Of a DNA stretch of 64,000 bases, positions 25,222 to 35,210 are shown piece after piece. Below the pieces are notes generated by a model. That model was not told the DNA's origin and ran no database searches. It saw only the letters and a list, made by a program, of their open reading frames with translations. Position 1 is the stretch's first letter. Each line of letters begins with the position of its first letter. The position numbers were made by a program, and so were the translations under genes. Source of the DNA: Candidatus Poribacteria bacterium (lineage in GTDB: Bacteria > Poribacteria > WGA-4E > WGA-3G); NCBI GenBank assembly GCA_963665235.2, contig CAXXLX010000001.1:3230031-3294030 (forward strand). Direction: 5' to 3'.

Positions 25222-28104
25222 ATGAAACGATTAGCACTTCTAGGATTTATTATAGCAATTGGACTTATCGGAAACCTAACACCCTATGCCCAGCAAACAC
25301 CAAACCAGGCGGTGCCGCCGAGTGCTTCGCAAGTAGAACCTTTACTCAAACGCATGACAGCGCGTCTCTCTGGAAAGGTTGTCTGGGAAGGACAGGACCT
25401 CTCACAGACAAACGTGTCGGTGTATCGGGATAAAAAACTACGTGCCCTTTACACAAGTGGCCTCTCCGATTTAAAAAACCCCGGCACCTTCACGCTCCGC
25501 GTAGAGCCGGGCAGGTATTATTTAGCCGCCTATGTTGATGTCGATGGGTCAGGCCAATTTGACGAGGGGGATGGCTACGGAGTCTTAGGCGTTAAGCAGT
25601 GGGAAAATACGGAACAAACCTATCAAGCAATTGATATTGGTGATAACGCACGATTGACGAATATAGAAATTTTTATAACGGCACGACTTCATAACACCAC
25701 GGAGGGCTCCATACTCGTCTCTACATCCCAATATCAACCGAGCAAAGTTCAGCAATTTAAAACGGAGTTAAACAAGATAACATCAGGGTGCCGAGGGACT
25801 CTAAAACTTAGGAAAGATACGAAACCGAACGGACAAGCTGCCCCCACCCTTGAAAAAAATCCGAAGTTAATCCTTGCTTACACAGATACATCGTGGAAGT
25901 ACCGTGCGGGTATCACACAGGTAGATGCAAAAACCGGACGATGGGAACTCCGATTGAAACCGGGCAAGTATTACCTCATGGGGATTGTGGATAAAAATTC
26001 TAGCAATAGACTGGATAGTGGGGATACCTTCGGATTTTACGGCGTTGCAAAAATTGGACAACCCGGTAGCTTTCCACAACCTATCCTCATCGAACCTAAT
26101 ACCTTCACCGAGGGGCTAGAGATACAAATTTCTGCAATCTATACGACAAAACGGCAGACAGAAAAAAGCAAAATCACCGCAGCTGTTACGGGGACCGTAA
26201 ACGCCACACCACAAGGCGAAGCAGTAATACGGATTGAGGCGTACCGCACCGCAGCGTTAGTTGTGCCTGTTGCCAGTACGCAAACAGACGCGGATGGAAA
26301 ATTTCGGCTCCAACTGCCCCCCGGAGAATACTACCTCCTCACAAACCATGATGCGGATGCGGATGGAAGGTACAGTGAAGGGGATAGCCTTGGCGGTTGG
26401 GGGACAAATGCTATTACATCACACCCCCCGGCGCGTTTAACCCTTGCTGATGGCGAAACACGCACGATTGCTATTCATCTGACCGCACGTTATGAAGCAG
26501 ATGGACAACTTCGTGCCATACCGATAACTAAACAGAACCCTGATACACTTCCAGGGTTAAAGGTTGCCGATGGGACATCCACAGATGAACCATCGGGTAG
26601 TTTGACTGGCAAAATAACCTCATATTTCTCACCGCTGCGGGAAAAAGGTGAGATGCTAAAGAAGCGACAACCCACTGATAGCCAAGACGGGATTGAACAG
26701 AAACGCACCCCGAACGGTATTTTGAGCCTTTCCCTCACACCCGATTTTGAGTCGCCGATGTGGATGCCGCTTTTCATCGAAGACGATGGCAGTTATCGTG
26801 TTGATGTCAAGCCCGGAAAATATTACATCATGGCGGTCCTTGACCAAAACGGAGATGGACGCTCAGGCCTCTCTGATGGTATCGGTATCTACGGGACACA
26901 TCTACCGGTCCGGGGTACGCCCGCCGCTGTCAACGTCCTCCCAAACGAGACAACGCCACACGTCGATATTGACATCCTCGCTTCCTATATTGATGAAAAA
27001 GGCACTATGGCGGAACTTAAAGATGGCGGACGATGGGATATTGCACGAATCCACGGACACCCTGAAGATATTTTCAAATATACACGCGCAGGAAAAACTA
27101 TCGAGGAATGGGTTTACTGGACAAAAGGTCTCGCTTTTCAATTCGTAGCGGATGGCGCAGGCTGGAAACTCAAAAAGCAGGATGAATTTCAAACGAAAGC
27201 ACAGGGGACAGAAGCAGACACACAAGACGCTGAAAATCCACAAACGGCTGAACACGCTAAGCAAACACAGCCTGAGACATCCCCTATCACAGGGCAGCCT
27301 GTGGCTATCTATTATAGTCATGACGGTATTTTATGGCGAATAACACCCGATGCAACCCTCTCACCTATTGGGGCAGGGTTTTATCCGAATGCCTCAGAAA
27401 ACGGGGCACTCGTTTATCAGGATATTGATGCCAATGTTATCATTCAAGATGTGGTAACAGGACAGGGGACCGTACTCCTTGACAACAGACACAGGGTGCA
27501 AGAAGCGGTCATCTCGCCGGATGGGGATTATCTCGCCTGGACGCATACCGAGCACACAGGACGAAAACGGATTACTGTTCAGCATTTACCGAGTCAGAAA
27601 CATTTCACAATTCCATCAACCGCCCGCGAAATCTCTATGCCCGCATGGCGTAGAGATGGCCAATTGCTCGCATATTGTGCCACAGGCACTATTGAAAACC
27701 GTGATGATACCGGACGAAATAGGAATATCTATGCTTTCGACTCTGTAACAAACAGCGTTGAACCTATCGTTGTTTCACCTACTGACGATGCCGACCCCGC
27801 ATGGAATCCATCGGACCTCAATACGCTTGCATTTTCTCGGAAAAACGGGGACGACTATCGCCAAATTTGGATTGTTACCTTTTCTACTACGGGACAGCGA
27901 ACTGAACAGCAGATAACTAAAATGGGCGGAAGTCGACCGGTCTGGATTCCCGCCGATGGACGCTGGATACTCTATGAAAACAATGGACAACTCTGGACTG
28001 TGGATACACGAACCCCCGACAGCGAAGCCCCATTACTGAACAATGGAAAGGTTATCTTCGGATACCACCCTTCTACTGTCCCGATAGAAGTAGATAGCAA
28101 ATAG
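25222..28104 (+). CDS. Large secreted protein with four DUF2141-like beta-sandwich repeats and a C-terminal PD40/TolB-like propeller
   Basis: 960 aa with a signal peptide. The internal repeat occurs four times: GRYYLAAYVDVDGSGQFDEGDGYGVLG, GKYYLMGIVDKNSSNRLDSGDTFGFYG, GEYYLLTNHDADADGRYSEGDSLGGWG and GKYYIMAVLDQNGDGRSGLSDGIGIYG. PD40-like motifs include ISPDGDYLAWT and PAWNPSD. Confidence 0.7.
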   Translation: MKRLALLGFIIAIGLIGNLTPYAQQTPNQAVPPSASQVEPLLKRMTARLSGKVVWEGQDLSQTNVSVYRDKKLRALYTSGLSDLKNPGTFTLRVEPGRYYLAAYVDVDGSGQFDEGDGYGVLGVKQWENTEQTYQAIDIGDNARLTNIEIFITARLHNTTEGSILVSTSQYQPSKVQQFKTELNKITSGCRGTLKLRKDTKPNGQAAPTLEKNPKLILAYTDTSWKYRAGITQVDAKTGRWELRLKPGKYYLMGIVDKNSSNRLDSGDTFGFYGVAKIGQPGSFPQPILIEPNTFTEGLEIQISAIYTTKRQTEKSKITAAVTGTVNATPQGEAVIRIEAYRTAALVVPVASTQTDADGKFRLQLPPGEYYLLTNHDADADGRYSEGDSLGGWGTNAITSHPPARLTLADGETRTIAIHLTARYEADGQLRAIPITKQNPDTLPGLKVADGTSTDEPSGSLTGKITSYFSPLREKGEMLKKRQPTDSQDGIEQKRTPNGILSLSLTPDFESPMWMPLFIEDDGSYRVDVKPGKYYIMAVLDQNGDGRSGLSDGIGIYGTHLPVRGTPAAVNVLPNETTPHVDIDILASYIDEKGTMAELKDGGRWDIARIHGHPEDIFKYTRAGKTIEEWVYWTKGLAFQFVADGAGWKLKKQDEFQTKAQGTEADTQDAENPQTAEHAKQTQPETSPITGQPVAIYYSHDGILWRITPDATLSPIGAGFYPNASENGALVYQDIDANVIIQDVVTGQGTVLLDNRHRVQEAVISPDGDYLAWTHTEHTGRKRITVQHLPSQKHFTIPSTAREISMPAWRRDGQLLAYCATGTIENRDDTGRNRNIYAFDSVTNSVEPIVVSPTDDADPAWNPSDLNTLAFSRKNGDDYRQIWIVTFSTTGQRTEQQITKMGGSRPVWIPADGRWILYENNGQLWTVDTRTPDSEAPLLNNGKVIFGYHPSTVPIEVDSK

Positions 28105-28192
28105 CAAATGGTAAGAACAGTTATGGCAGCCTTAACACAAAACAACTCTTACAATTACCAATGGTTAATTTCACAGTGAGGAAACCTCTTAA

Positions 28193-29485
28193 ATGCGAAA
28201 ATTGAACATACTTACACTCTTTCTGATTTTGATAACGTCTACTGCATCCGCACAATTTTTACTTGTGCCGATGGAAAAGACACAAACAAATCATCTCAAG
28301 GCTTATGGATTGACATATTGGGCATTAGAAGTGCCGCGTGAATATCAGTGTTATTGGTGGTTGAATTATCGCGGGGGGTCATTTGTTATTCCGGATTCTC
28401 CCGATGTTCGCGCACGCGCTGCACAGATGGGGGTCTCTTTTGAACCGATGAACGATGCCGAGTACAACGCAATCAAAGAGATTATTGAAACTAGTAATAT
28501 GGATGAAATCCTGTTGGAAAAAGCCCCCAAAATCGCTGTGTACGCCCCATCAGAGACATCCGCTTATCGTGACCCGTGGGACGATGCTGTAAAAATTGCT
28601 CTGGATTACGCTGAAATTCCTTATGACCAAATCTGGGATAAGGAGGTACAACGCGGGGCACTGCACACCGAAGGCTACGATTGGTTGCACCTACACCATG
28701 AAGATTTTACGGGCCAACACGGAAAATTCCACGCCTCTTTTTCACACCAGGTCTGGTATCAACACCGGATGGCACTTTTTGAAAAAGCTGCGGCAGAAGC
28801 TGGATTTAAACGTGTCGCCCGTCACAAAGGACAAACTGCCCTCGATATCGCCGATTATGTGGCCAAAGGCGGATTTATTTTTGCTATGTGTTCCGCCCCT
28901 GAAACGCTAGACATCGCCCTCGCTACAAAGGGTGGCACCATCGATATCGTTGACCCTGTCTTGGATGCAACCCCGCTTGCAGACGGTTTCCAAAATCAAT
29001 TAAACTTCGAGCGGACATTTGCGTTTAGGAATTTCACGCTCTACCCTAATCCAAACCGCTATGAATTCTCTGATGTTGATAATCCAAATCCGGACCTAAA
29101 CTTTCAAAGCGGCGTTGAAAATTTTCAACTCTTTGAGTTTTCCGCAAAACATGACCCGATTCCAACGATGCTCACACAAAACCACGTCTCAGTAGTACGA
29201 GGTTACCTGGGGCAGACAACCTCTTTCAATATGGATAAGATTCACAATGCTGTCACGATTTTAGGAAGGATTGAGGGCACGAACTATGCCAAATATATTC
29301 ATGGCGCGCTAGGTAAGGGTACTTTTACCTTCCTCGGCGGACACGACCCCGAGGACTATCGGCACCTCGTCGGCGAAGGCAAAATCCCGACAAACCTTGA
29401 CTTGCACAAGGATTCACCGGGCTATCGTTTGATACTAAACAATATTCTATTTCCAGCGGCTCGTAAAAAACCGCAGAAAACCTGA
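28193..29485 (+). CDS. Conserved secreted hypothetical protein
   Basis: 430 aa with signal peptide MRKLNILTLFLILITSTASA. The open frame is long and clean with coding-like composition. No catalytic motif was recognised with confidence. Confidence 0.6.
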   Translation: MRKLNILTLFLILITSTASAQFLLVPMEKTQTNHLKAYGLTYWALEVPREYQCYWWLNYRGGSFVIPDSPDVRARAAQMGVSFEPMNDAEYNAIKEIIETSNMDEILLEKAPKIAVYAPSETSAYRDPWDDAVKIALDYAEIPYDQIWDKEVQRGALHTEGYDWLHLHHEDFTGQHGKFHASFSHQVWYQHRMALFEKAAAEAGFKRVARHKGQTALDIADYVAKGGFIFAMCSAPETLDIALATKGGTIDIVDPVLDATPLADGFQNQLNFERTFAFRNFTLYPNPNRYEFSDVDNPNPDLNFQSGVENFQLFEFSAKHDPIPTMLTQNHVSVVRGYLGQTTSFNMDKIHNAVTILGRIEGTNYAKYIHGALGKGTFTFLGGHDPEDYRHLVGEGKIPTNLDLHKDSPGYRLILNNILFPAARKKPQKT

Positions 29486-29499
29486 AACTGATAACCACT

Positions 29500-31602
29500 A
29501 TGATAGCAACAATCGCAACCTGCAATTTGAATCAATGGGCACTTGACTTTGAAGGAAATTGTCAACGGACCATTGAATCCATTGAAATAGCAAAAGCGGC
29601 GGGGGCGCGGTTTCGCCTCGGCCCCGAACTTGAAATCACGGGGTATTCCTGCGAAGATCATTTCCTCGAGGAGGATACACTGCGCCACAGCTGGGAAGCA
29701 TTGGCGCACATCTTAAAGGGAGACCATACACACGGCATCCTGTGCGACATCGGCATGCCTGTGATGCACAAAAATGTCCGCTATAACTGCCGTGTCTTCA
29801 TTTTAGATGGCAAAATTCTCCTAATCCGTCCGAAGTTGGTGCTCGCCGCGGAGGGAAATTATCGAGAACCGCGCTGGTTTACTGCATGGAATAAGGGGTG
29901 GACAACTGAAGATTTTCAGGTCCCGCCCGATATCCGAAAAATCACAGGCGATACCACCGTGCCGATTGGGTGTGCCGCAATTGCCACGTACGATACCGTT
30001 TTAGCCTCAGAAACTTGTGAAGAGCTGTTCACGCCTTTCTCGCCACACATTCAGTTAGCGCAGAACGGTGTTGAGATAATCGCCAACGGTTCCGGGTCGC
30101 ATCACGAGCTCCGAAAACTTGACACCCGGCTGTCACTTATTCGAAACGCAACTGCCAAAAGCGGCGGGATTTACCTCTACGCTAACCAGCAGGGATGTGA
30201 TGGCAGCAGACTCTATTTCGACGGTTGTGCCGCAATTGCACAAAACGGGGGTATCCTTGCACTCGGCACACAATTTTCTCTCAACGAGGTTGAAGTGGTC
30301 ACCGCCACCGTTAACCTCGCGGATGTCCGTTCCTATCGAGGGTCCAGAATGAGCAGTGCCGTTCAGGCGAGTCGGAGTACCGCTATTCCGCAAATCCGCA
30401 TCGATTTCGATATCGCGCATCCGGAAGCGCGGCCTGTCACTATGCCGAAAGTTAAGCTCAAAATTCACATCCCGGAAGAGGAAATCGCCCTCGGGCCAGC
30501 CTGCTGGTTATGGGATTATCTGAGACGTTCCGGTGCAGCCGGGTTTTTCGTTCCACTTTCAGGCGGGTCGGATAGCGGAGCTGTTGCCACCCTTGTCGGC
30601 TCAATGTGTCAGCTCGTCGCCAAAGCGATTCTTGACGATGTGCCTCACGTCATTCGAGACAGTGAACACCTACTCGGGACAGAGTGTGTCGAAAAGATAA
30701 AAACCGATTTTAACGAACCGCAGCGAGCAGCGCAATATCTTGCAAATCAATTGCTATATACCTGCTATATGGGAACAGCGAACAGTTCACGGGAGACGCG
30801 AAAGCGCGCCAAAAAGCTAGCACAGGAGATAGGCAGTTATCACCTCAATGTCAACATAGAAACCCTCGTTCGTGCCTTGCGGAAACTGTTCACAAAGGTA
30901 ACCGGAAAAACCCCGCAATTCAAAACCGAAGGCGGCACCCACATTGAAAACCAGGCACTCCAAAACATACAGGCACGGCTCCGTATGGTCACAAGTTATC
31001 TCCTTGCCCAAACGTTACCGTGGATTCGCAAGCGGCGTGGCACCTTACTCATCTTAGGCACCGGCAATGTTGATGAAGCCTTGCGCGGCTATCTTACCAA
31101 ATACGATTGCAGCAGTGCTGACATCAATCCAATCGGTAGTATTAGCAAAACCGATTTGCGTAGTTTTCTCCGTTGGGCAGAAGAACACCTCGGTTATACC
31201 AGCCTCGCCCAAATCTTGGCGGCACCGCCTACCGCAGAATTGGAACCGATTACCGAAACTTATACACAAACCGATGAGGAAGACATGGGCATGACTTATG
31301 CGGAACTCAGCCGATTCGGACAACTCCGAAAAATTCACCGCTGCGGCCCGGTCAGTATGTTTGAGAAACTGCTACAGGAATGGCATCACCTACCTCCTGA
31401 AGAGGTGGCAGAAAAGGTTAAGCGGTTTTTCCGATACTACGCTATCAATCGCCACAAGATGACAACGTTAACACCGGCATATCACGCCGAATCCTACTCG
31501 CCGGATGACAATAGGTTTGACCTGCGCCAGTTTTTATACAACACACGTTGGACATGGCAATTCCGACAAATTGACGCAATGCTGAAGGAGTTGGAAAAGT
31601 GA
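29500..31602 (+). CDS. nadE: Glutamine-dependent NAD+ synthetase, long form (N-terminal CN-hydrolase domain)
   Basis: 700 aa. The nitrilase-like N-domain has PELEITGY and a Cys in ASETCEELF. The synthetase domain has PLSGGSDSGA (SGGxDS). Confidence 0.9.
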   Translation: MIATIATCNLNQWALDFEGNCQRTIESIEIAKAAGARFRLGPELEITGYSCEDHFLEEDTLRHSWEALAHILKGDHTHGILCDIGMPVMHKNVRYNCRVFILDGKILLIRPKLVLAAEGNYREPRWFTAWNKGWTTEDFQVPPDIRKITGDTTVPIGCAAIATYDTVLASETCEELFTPFSPHIQLAQNGVEIIANGSGSHHELRKLDTRLSLIRNATAKSGGIYLYANQQGCDGSRLYFDGCAAIAQNGGILALGTQFSLNEVEVVTATVNLADVRSYRGSRMSSAVQASRSTAIPQIRIDFDIAHPEARPVTMPKVKLKIHIPEEEIALGPACWLWDYLRRSGAAGFFVPLSGGSDSGAVATLVGSMCQLVAKAILDDVPHVIRDSEHLLGTECVEKIKTDFNEPQRAAQYLANQLLYTCYMGTANSSRETRKRAKKLAQEIGSYHLNVNIETLVRALRKLFTKVTGKTPQFKTEGGTHIENQALQNIQARLRMVTSYLLAQTLPWIRKRRGTLLILGTGNVDEALRGYLTKYDCSSADINPIGSISKTDLRSFLRWAEEHLGYTSLAQILAAPPTAELEPITETYTQTDEEDMGMTYAELSRFGQLRKIHRCGPVSMFEKLLQEWHHLPPEEVAEKVKRFFRYYAINRHKMTTLTPAYHAESYSPDDNRFDLRQFLYNTRWTWQFRQIDAMLKELEK

Positions 31603-33239
31603 AGCCGCTGCACCTAAAATCGAGTGTCAAATTTTTTCTCCTGCCCTGTTTCATATCCCTGCTGTTTTTTTTCATCCCGTGCTTACTTCACGGTGCCCCG
31701 GGGGTCCCGCTGAACTTCGATGGATGGGTCATCGAGACGCTCGCGAAACTAGAGGTTGCTGGTATCACGGGCGGTTTTCATCGACACACGTTACCGCTAT
31801 CCCGCCACGATGTAGCAAAAATTATCCACCGTGCTGAAGCGCGTATCCGCACAGAGATTGTCATTGCATCCCCAATGGATAAAAAACTTCTCCAGAAGCT
31901 CAAACGTGAATTTCAATTTGAATTATCACAAATCACCCCTCAAAACGAACTACAAACTTCGAAGCAGAAGGTTCGCCTAGAAATTCAGCCTCAACTTCGG
32001 GGCGCGAATGACGATATTGCACCAGCTCTTGAAACCGGATTTCATTACACTATCGGCACCGAAAAAAATCGACTGATTGTATATACCGAATTAGAATTCT
32101 CTAATTTTGAACAGGGGACAGATTTTGTCGAGAGCTTTTTTTTACCGAAGCCGCCGCCACTGCTGAAGTCGGCTGACCAACGATTTGAAAGATGGCGTGG
32201 CGATTATGTCGTGGACTTTAAAAGAAGTTATCTACAATACCGTTTCATGCCTTTCGGAGATGCTGAATTGGACATCTTAGTCGGAAGGGATTTTATATTC
32301 TGGGGAGCGAGTCCTAATAAATCTGTCGGAATCTCCGACAACTCACCCCCGTTTGAGCTTATTCGCCTCACCGGCACTTTTCCATTCAAATTTGGTACGC
32401 TCAAAGCTACCGCGGTCTCCGCACAACTTAACGCGACGTGGCATGACGATGGTACAACCCGATACCTTGCGAAACGTTACCTCAGCGCGCATCGGCTCGA
32501 CTATCAATTTAGCGATTGGCTCGAAATTAGTGCAGCCGAATCGGTACTCTACGGCGGGGATGTGCAATCCGTACAATGGAACTATCTCAATCCTGTTATC
32601 CCCTATTATGCTGTGCAATACAATGCCAAGAATGACGATAATATCATGTTCAGTTTCGGTGGGTCGATTCGTCCGCTGGATGGGGTCCGGCTCTACGCAG
32701 AGTGGGGCGCGGACGATTTTCAGTACAATCCGAAAACGCTCGACCCGCACGCTGTTACGTGGTTGACCGGCATAGAATGGTATCCGATGCAAACCGACCG
32801 TCAACTCGGAATACAGACAGAGTACGTTCGCGTCAATCGATGGGCATATACGCACCTCGTGCCTGATAATCAGTTCACCCACTTCGGTACTATGATTGGA
32901 CACCCGATTGGCACCGATGCGGATATAGTGACGTTACGTGTTTCATATCAGGCTACCCCCTCAGCTGTCCTTGAGACCCGTTTTAGTCATCAGCGAAATG
33001 GGGAGGCAGATGTTACCGACCGTTTCTACGGTGAGGACTATCAAAATATTCCATTTCCTTCAGGAACAGTTGAAAGGCTTTCTGAGATGCGATTTGGTTG
33101 GAAATATCGCCCGAACTCGGCTTTGAAAAGTTCCATCAATTATGCCTGGCGTTACGTCCAAAATACAGCACATAGTGAAGGTGAAACCGACTATCAGCAC
33201 CGTTTCGTTTTTTTAGTTGCTTACGCATGGCGGAATTAG
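31599..33239 (+). CDS. Outer-membrane protein, capsule assembly Wzi-like
   Basis: 546 aa. It has a GTG start overlapping the nadE stop, a signal peptide, an N-terminal helical LETLAKLEVAGITGGFHRHTLPLSRHDVAKII, and a beta-barrel-like alternating C-terminus ending in an aromatic-rich strand. Confidence 0.5.
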   Translation: MKPLHLKSSVKFFLLPCFISLLFFFIPCLLHGAPGVPLNFDGWVIETLAKLEVAGITGGFHRHTLPLSRHDVAKIIHRAEARIRTEIVIASPMDKKLLQKLKREFQFELSQITPQNELQTSKQKVRLEIQPQLRGANDDIAPALETGFHYTIGTEKNRLIVYTELEFSNFEQGTDFVESFFLPKPPPLLKSADQRFERWRGDYVVDFKRSYLQYRFMPFGDAELDILVGRDFIFWGASPNKSVGISDNSPPFELIRLTGTFPFKFGTLKATAVSAQLNATWHDDGTTRYLAKRYLSAHRLDYQFSDWLEISAAESVLYGGDVQSVQWNYLNPVIPYYAVQYNAKNDDNIMFSFGGSIRPLDGVRLYAEWGADDFQYNPKTLDPHAVTWLTGIEWYPMQTDRQLGIQTEYVRVNRWAYTHLVPDNQFTHFGTMIGHPIGTDADIVTLRVSYQATPSAVLETRFSHQRNGEADVTDRFYGEDYQNIPFPSGTVERLSEMRFGWKYRPNSALKSSINYAWRYVQNTAHSEGETDYQHRFVFLVAYAWRN

Positions 33240-33266
33240 AGGGAAGGATGGAAGATTGGATTTGAC

Positions 33267-33364
33267 GTGTGTTGTCTGAATGCACATCGCATTTGGGCGA
33301 GTCCGCCGCAAATTGCGAATTATCGCGGAGAACGCGGAAGACGCGGAGTTTAAGAGGTGTCCGC
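33267..33364. repeat. Family Y dispersed repeat, copy 2
   Basis: GTGTGTTGTCTGAATGCACATCGCATTTGGGCGAGTCCGCCGCAAATTGCGAATTATCGCGGAG...TAAGAGGTGTCCGC is collinear with the reverse complement of 1748-1845. Confidence 0.7.
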
Positions 33365-33461
33365 CTATCTAGAAAGGTATCGCAAGCATAGCTCGCTCGG
33401 ACAGAGGAGAGAGGGGCGCGTGCACAGCTCGCTCGGACATAACCCGTTAAGTTTTCAAATC

Positions 33462-33484
33462 GGGCGGGGAAACCCCGCCCCTAC
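33462..33484 (-). repeat. GTAG-headed REP-like palindrome
   Basis: The minus strand reads GTAGGGGCGGGGTTTCCCCGCCC. A half copy, CCCCGCCCCTA, follows at 33514-33524. Confidence 0.7.
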
Positions 33485-33534
33485 GGACGCAGAAAGGAAA
33501 AAGGAGCCGGGTGACCCCGCCCCTATGCAGATTG

Positions 33535-34218
33535 ATGAAAAAACGTACGCTTGTAATAATTGGCCTCTGTGCGTTGCTGATAATCGTCGGATTCATCCTA
33601 TTTGTCCGCGATTGGAACGGTGTCCGTCTTCTCGCTGTTTCCCCGAAGATTCTAAAGTATCGTCCGGTTATCCAAAAACATGCCGTTATCCATCGCTTGG
33701 ATTGGCGGCTCATTGCAGCATTGATTGTCCAAGAATCTGGATTTGATGAACATGCTGAAAGTGCTGCCGGGGCGCAAGGATTGATGCAGCTTATGCCAGA
33801 GACAGCGAAGGAGCTTGGCGTTTCTAACCCCTTTGCATCTGATGAAAGCATCGCTGGCGCGACCCGTTACTTCCGAAACCTATATGACCTCTATCCAGAG
33901 AGCACCCCTCCAAATCGTATCCGGCTTGCCTTAGCCAGCTATAATGGCGGACGCGGACGTATCAGAGACGCTCAAGCAATTGCCATACATCGCGGCGAGG
34001 AACCCCATCGGTGGGAGACCCTCAGCATAAATCTCGCCTTACTCACAGAAAAAGATACAGCCTTGCACGCTGAAATATGGGAGTCGAACGTGCCGCCTCA
34101 CGGGTATTTTAGAGGATATAAAGAGACCCGCGAGTATGTGAAGCGGGTTATGCTTTACTATGCCCGGCTCTGCCATTTTTCTCAAATTCTCGGTAAGGTG
34201 AAATCGTTTGTAAAATAG
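33535..34218 (+). CDS. Lytic transglycosylase (SLT domain), membrane-anchored
   Basis: ESGFDEHAESAAGAQGLMQLMPETA carries the catalytic Glu and the GLMQ motif. The start is taken at MKKRTLVIIGL; the listed ORF starts at 33511. Confidence 0.85.
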   Translation: MKKRTLVIIGLCALLIIVGFILFVRDWNGVRLLAVSPKILKYRPVIQKHAVIHRLDWRLIAALIVQESGFDEHAESAAGAQGLMQLMPETAKELGVSNPFASDESIAGATRYFRNLYDLYPESTPPNRIRLALASYNGGRGRIRDAQAIAIHRGEEPHRWETLSINLALLTEKDTALHAEIWESNVPPHGYFRGYKETREYVKRVMLYYARLCHFSQILGKVKSFVK

Positions 34219-34403
34219 AATTCCTTGCCAGTAATGCTACATATATGATACAATAATTATAGGAAGCAACGTTTAGATGTGACGTGACGCTCCGGTAGGT
34301 TATGCTAAAAAACACAGGCAGCGTCTAAACAGAGCGGGCTAAAAAGGTAACGTCACTATAGTAGATTATGCTACAAAGGGGGCAACTTAGGATAGGAGAA
34401 GAT

Positions 34404-35111
34404 ATGGCAGTAAAAAATTTAAAGCAGCGGATTCGCGCCGGTGAATGTATCTATGGCGTTTCAGTTTCAATGATGACCCCTCGTGACAGTCTTGCAACAA
34501 GGATTGAAGAGGGGAAGTACGATTTTGTCGCTGTGGATAGTCAACACGCAGCATTCAGTGAGGAGCGGCTCGTCGCCTTTTGTAATATGGCAGATGAATT
34601 AAACATTCCGGTGAATTTTCGGATTAAACATACCCGAAACGCCTATCTCATCGGGAATTACCTTGACCTCGGCCCTTCGGGCATTGAGGTGCCGCAGGTA
34701 GAATTAGAGGAAACAGTTAATGAGGCGGTCGATGCTTTCTACTATCCACAGCGGGGTATTCGAAGTTGGGGCGGGGCAGCAAGAAAAAACGCAGCTGGCA
34801 CAGAACGGCTTGAATATGCCGAGTGGTGGAACAATTACGGCATGCTCTGGATGCAAATTGAATCGATAGAGGCAGTGACACATGCCCGCCGGCTCGCGAA
34901 AGCAGGAGTGGATTGCCTCTCCTTTGGCCCAACCGATTTGACCTTCAGTATGGAGGGACACCCGAATCATGCACTCCAAACAGTAGACGCTTGTGTAGAA
35001 TACGTCGCTAAAGAATTGCAGGGGTGCCCAACTGCTGTTTGCTTTAGAAACGGCAATCCGAGCACACGCAAAAAGTACGCGGATATGGGGGTTACCGTTT
35101 TTTTGGAATAG
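34404..35111 (+). CDS. HpcH/HpaI family aldolase
   Basis: FVAVDSQHAAFSEERL, WMQIESIEAV and DCLSFGPTDL. The start is taken at MAVKNL, which is preceded by GGAGAAG; the listed ORF starts at 34368. Confidence 0.7.
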   Translation: MAVKNLKQRIRAGECIYGVSVSMMTPRDSLATRIEEGKYDFVAVDSQHAAFSEERLVAFCNMADELNIPVNFRIKHTRNAYLIGNYLDLGPSGIEVPQVELEETVNEAVDAFYYPQRGIRSWGGAARKNAAGTERLEYAEWWNNYGMLWMQIESIEAVTHARRLAKAGVDCLSFGPTDLTFSMEGHPNHALQTVDACVEYVAKELQGCPTAVCFRNGNPSTRKKYADMGVTVFLE

Positions 35112-35210
35112 TCGAAGCTAAAGCACATTGTATTTAGCATATCAACGCCGATATTTTTAAGAAAATTAGAAAAACCAACAATTAGGACTCATGTTTAATA
35201 CCATCTAAAA

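Noticed and set aside
28193-29485. Assigning an enzymatic function (amidotransferase or asparagine-synthetase-like) to the secreted 430-aa protein
   Set aside because: I only have a vague recollection of similar proteins carrying such labels. No catalytic motif could be verified from the sequence, so it stays hypothetical.
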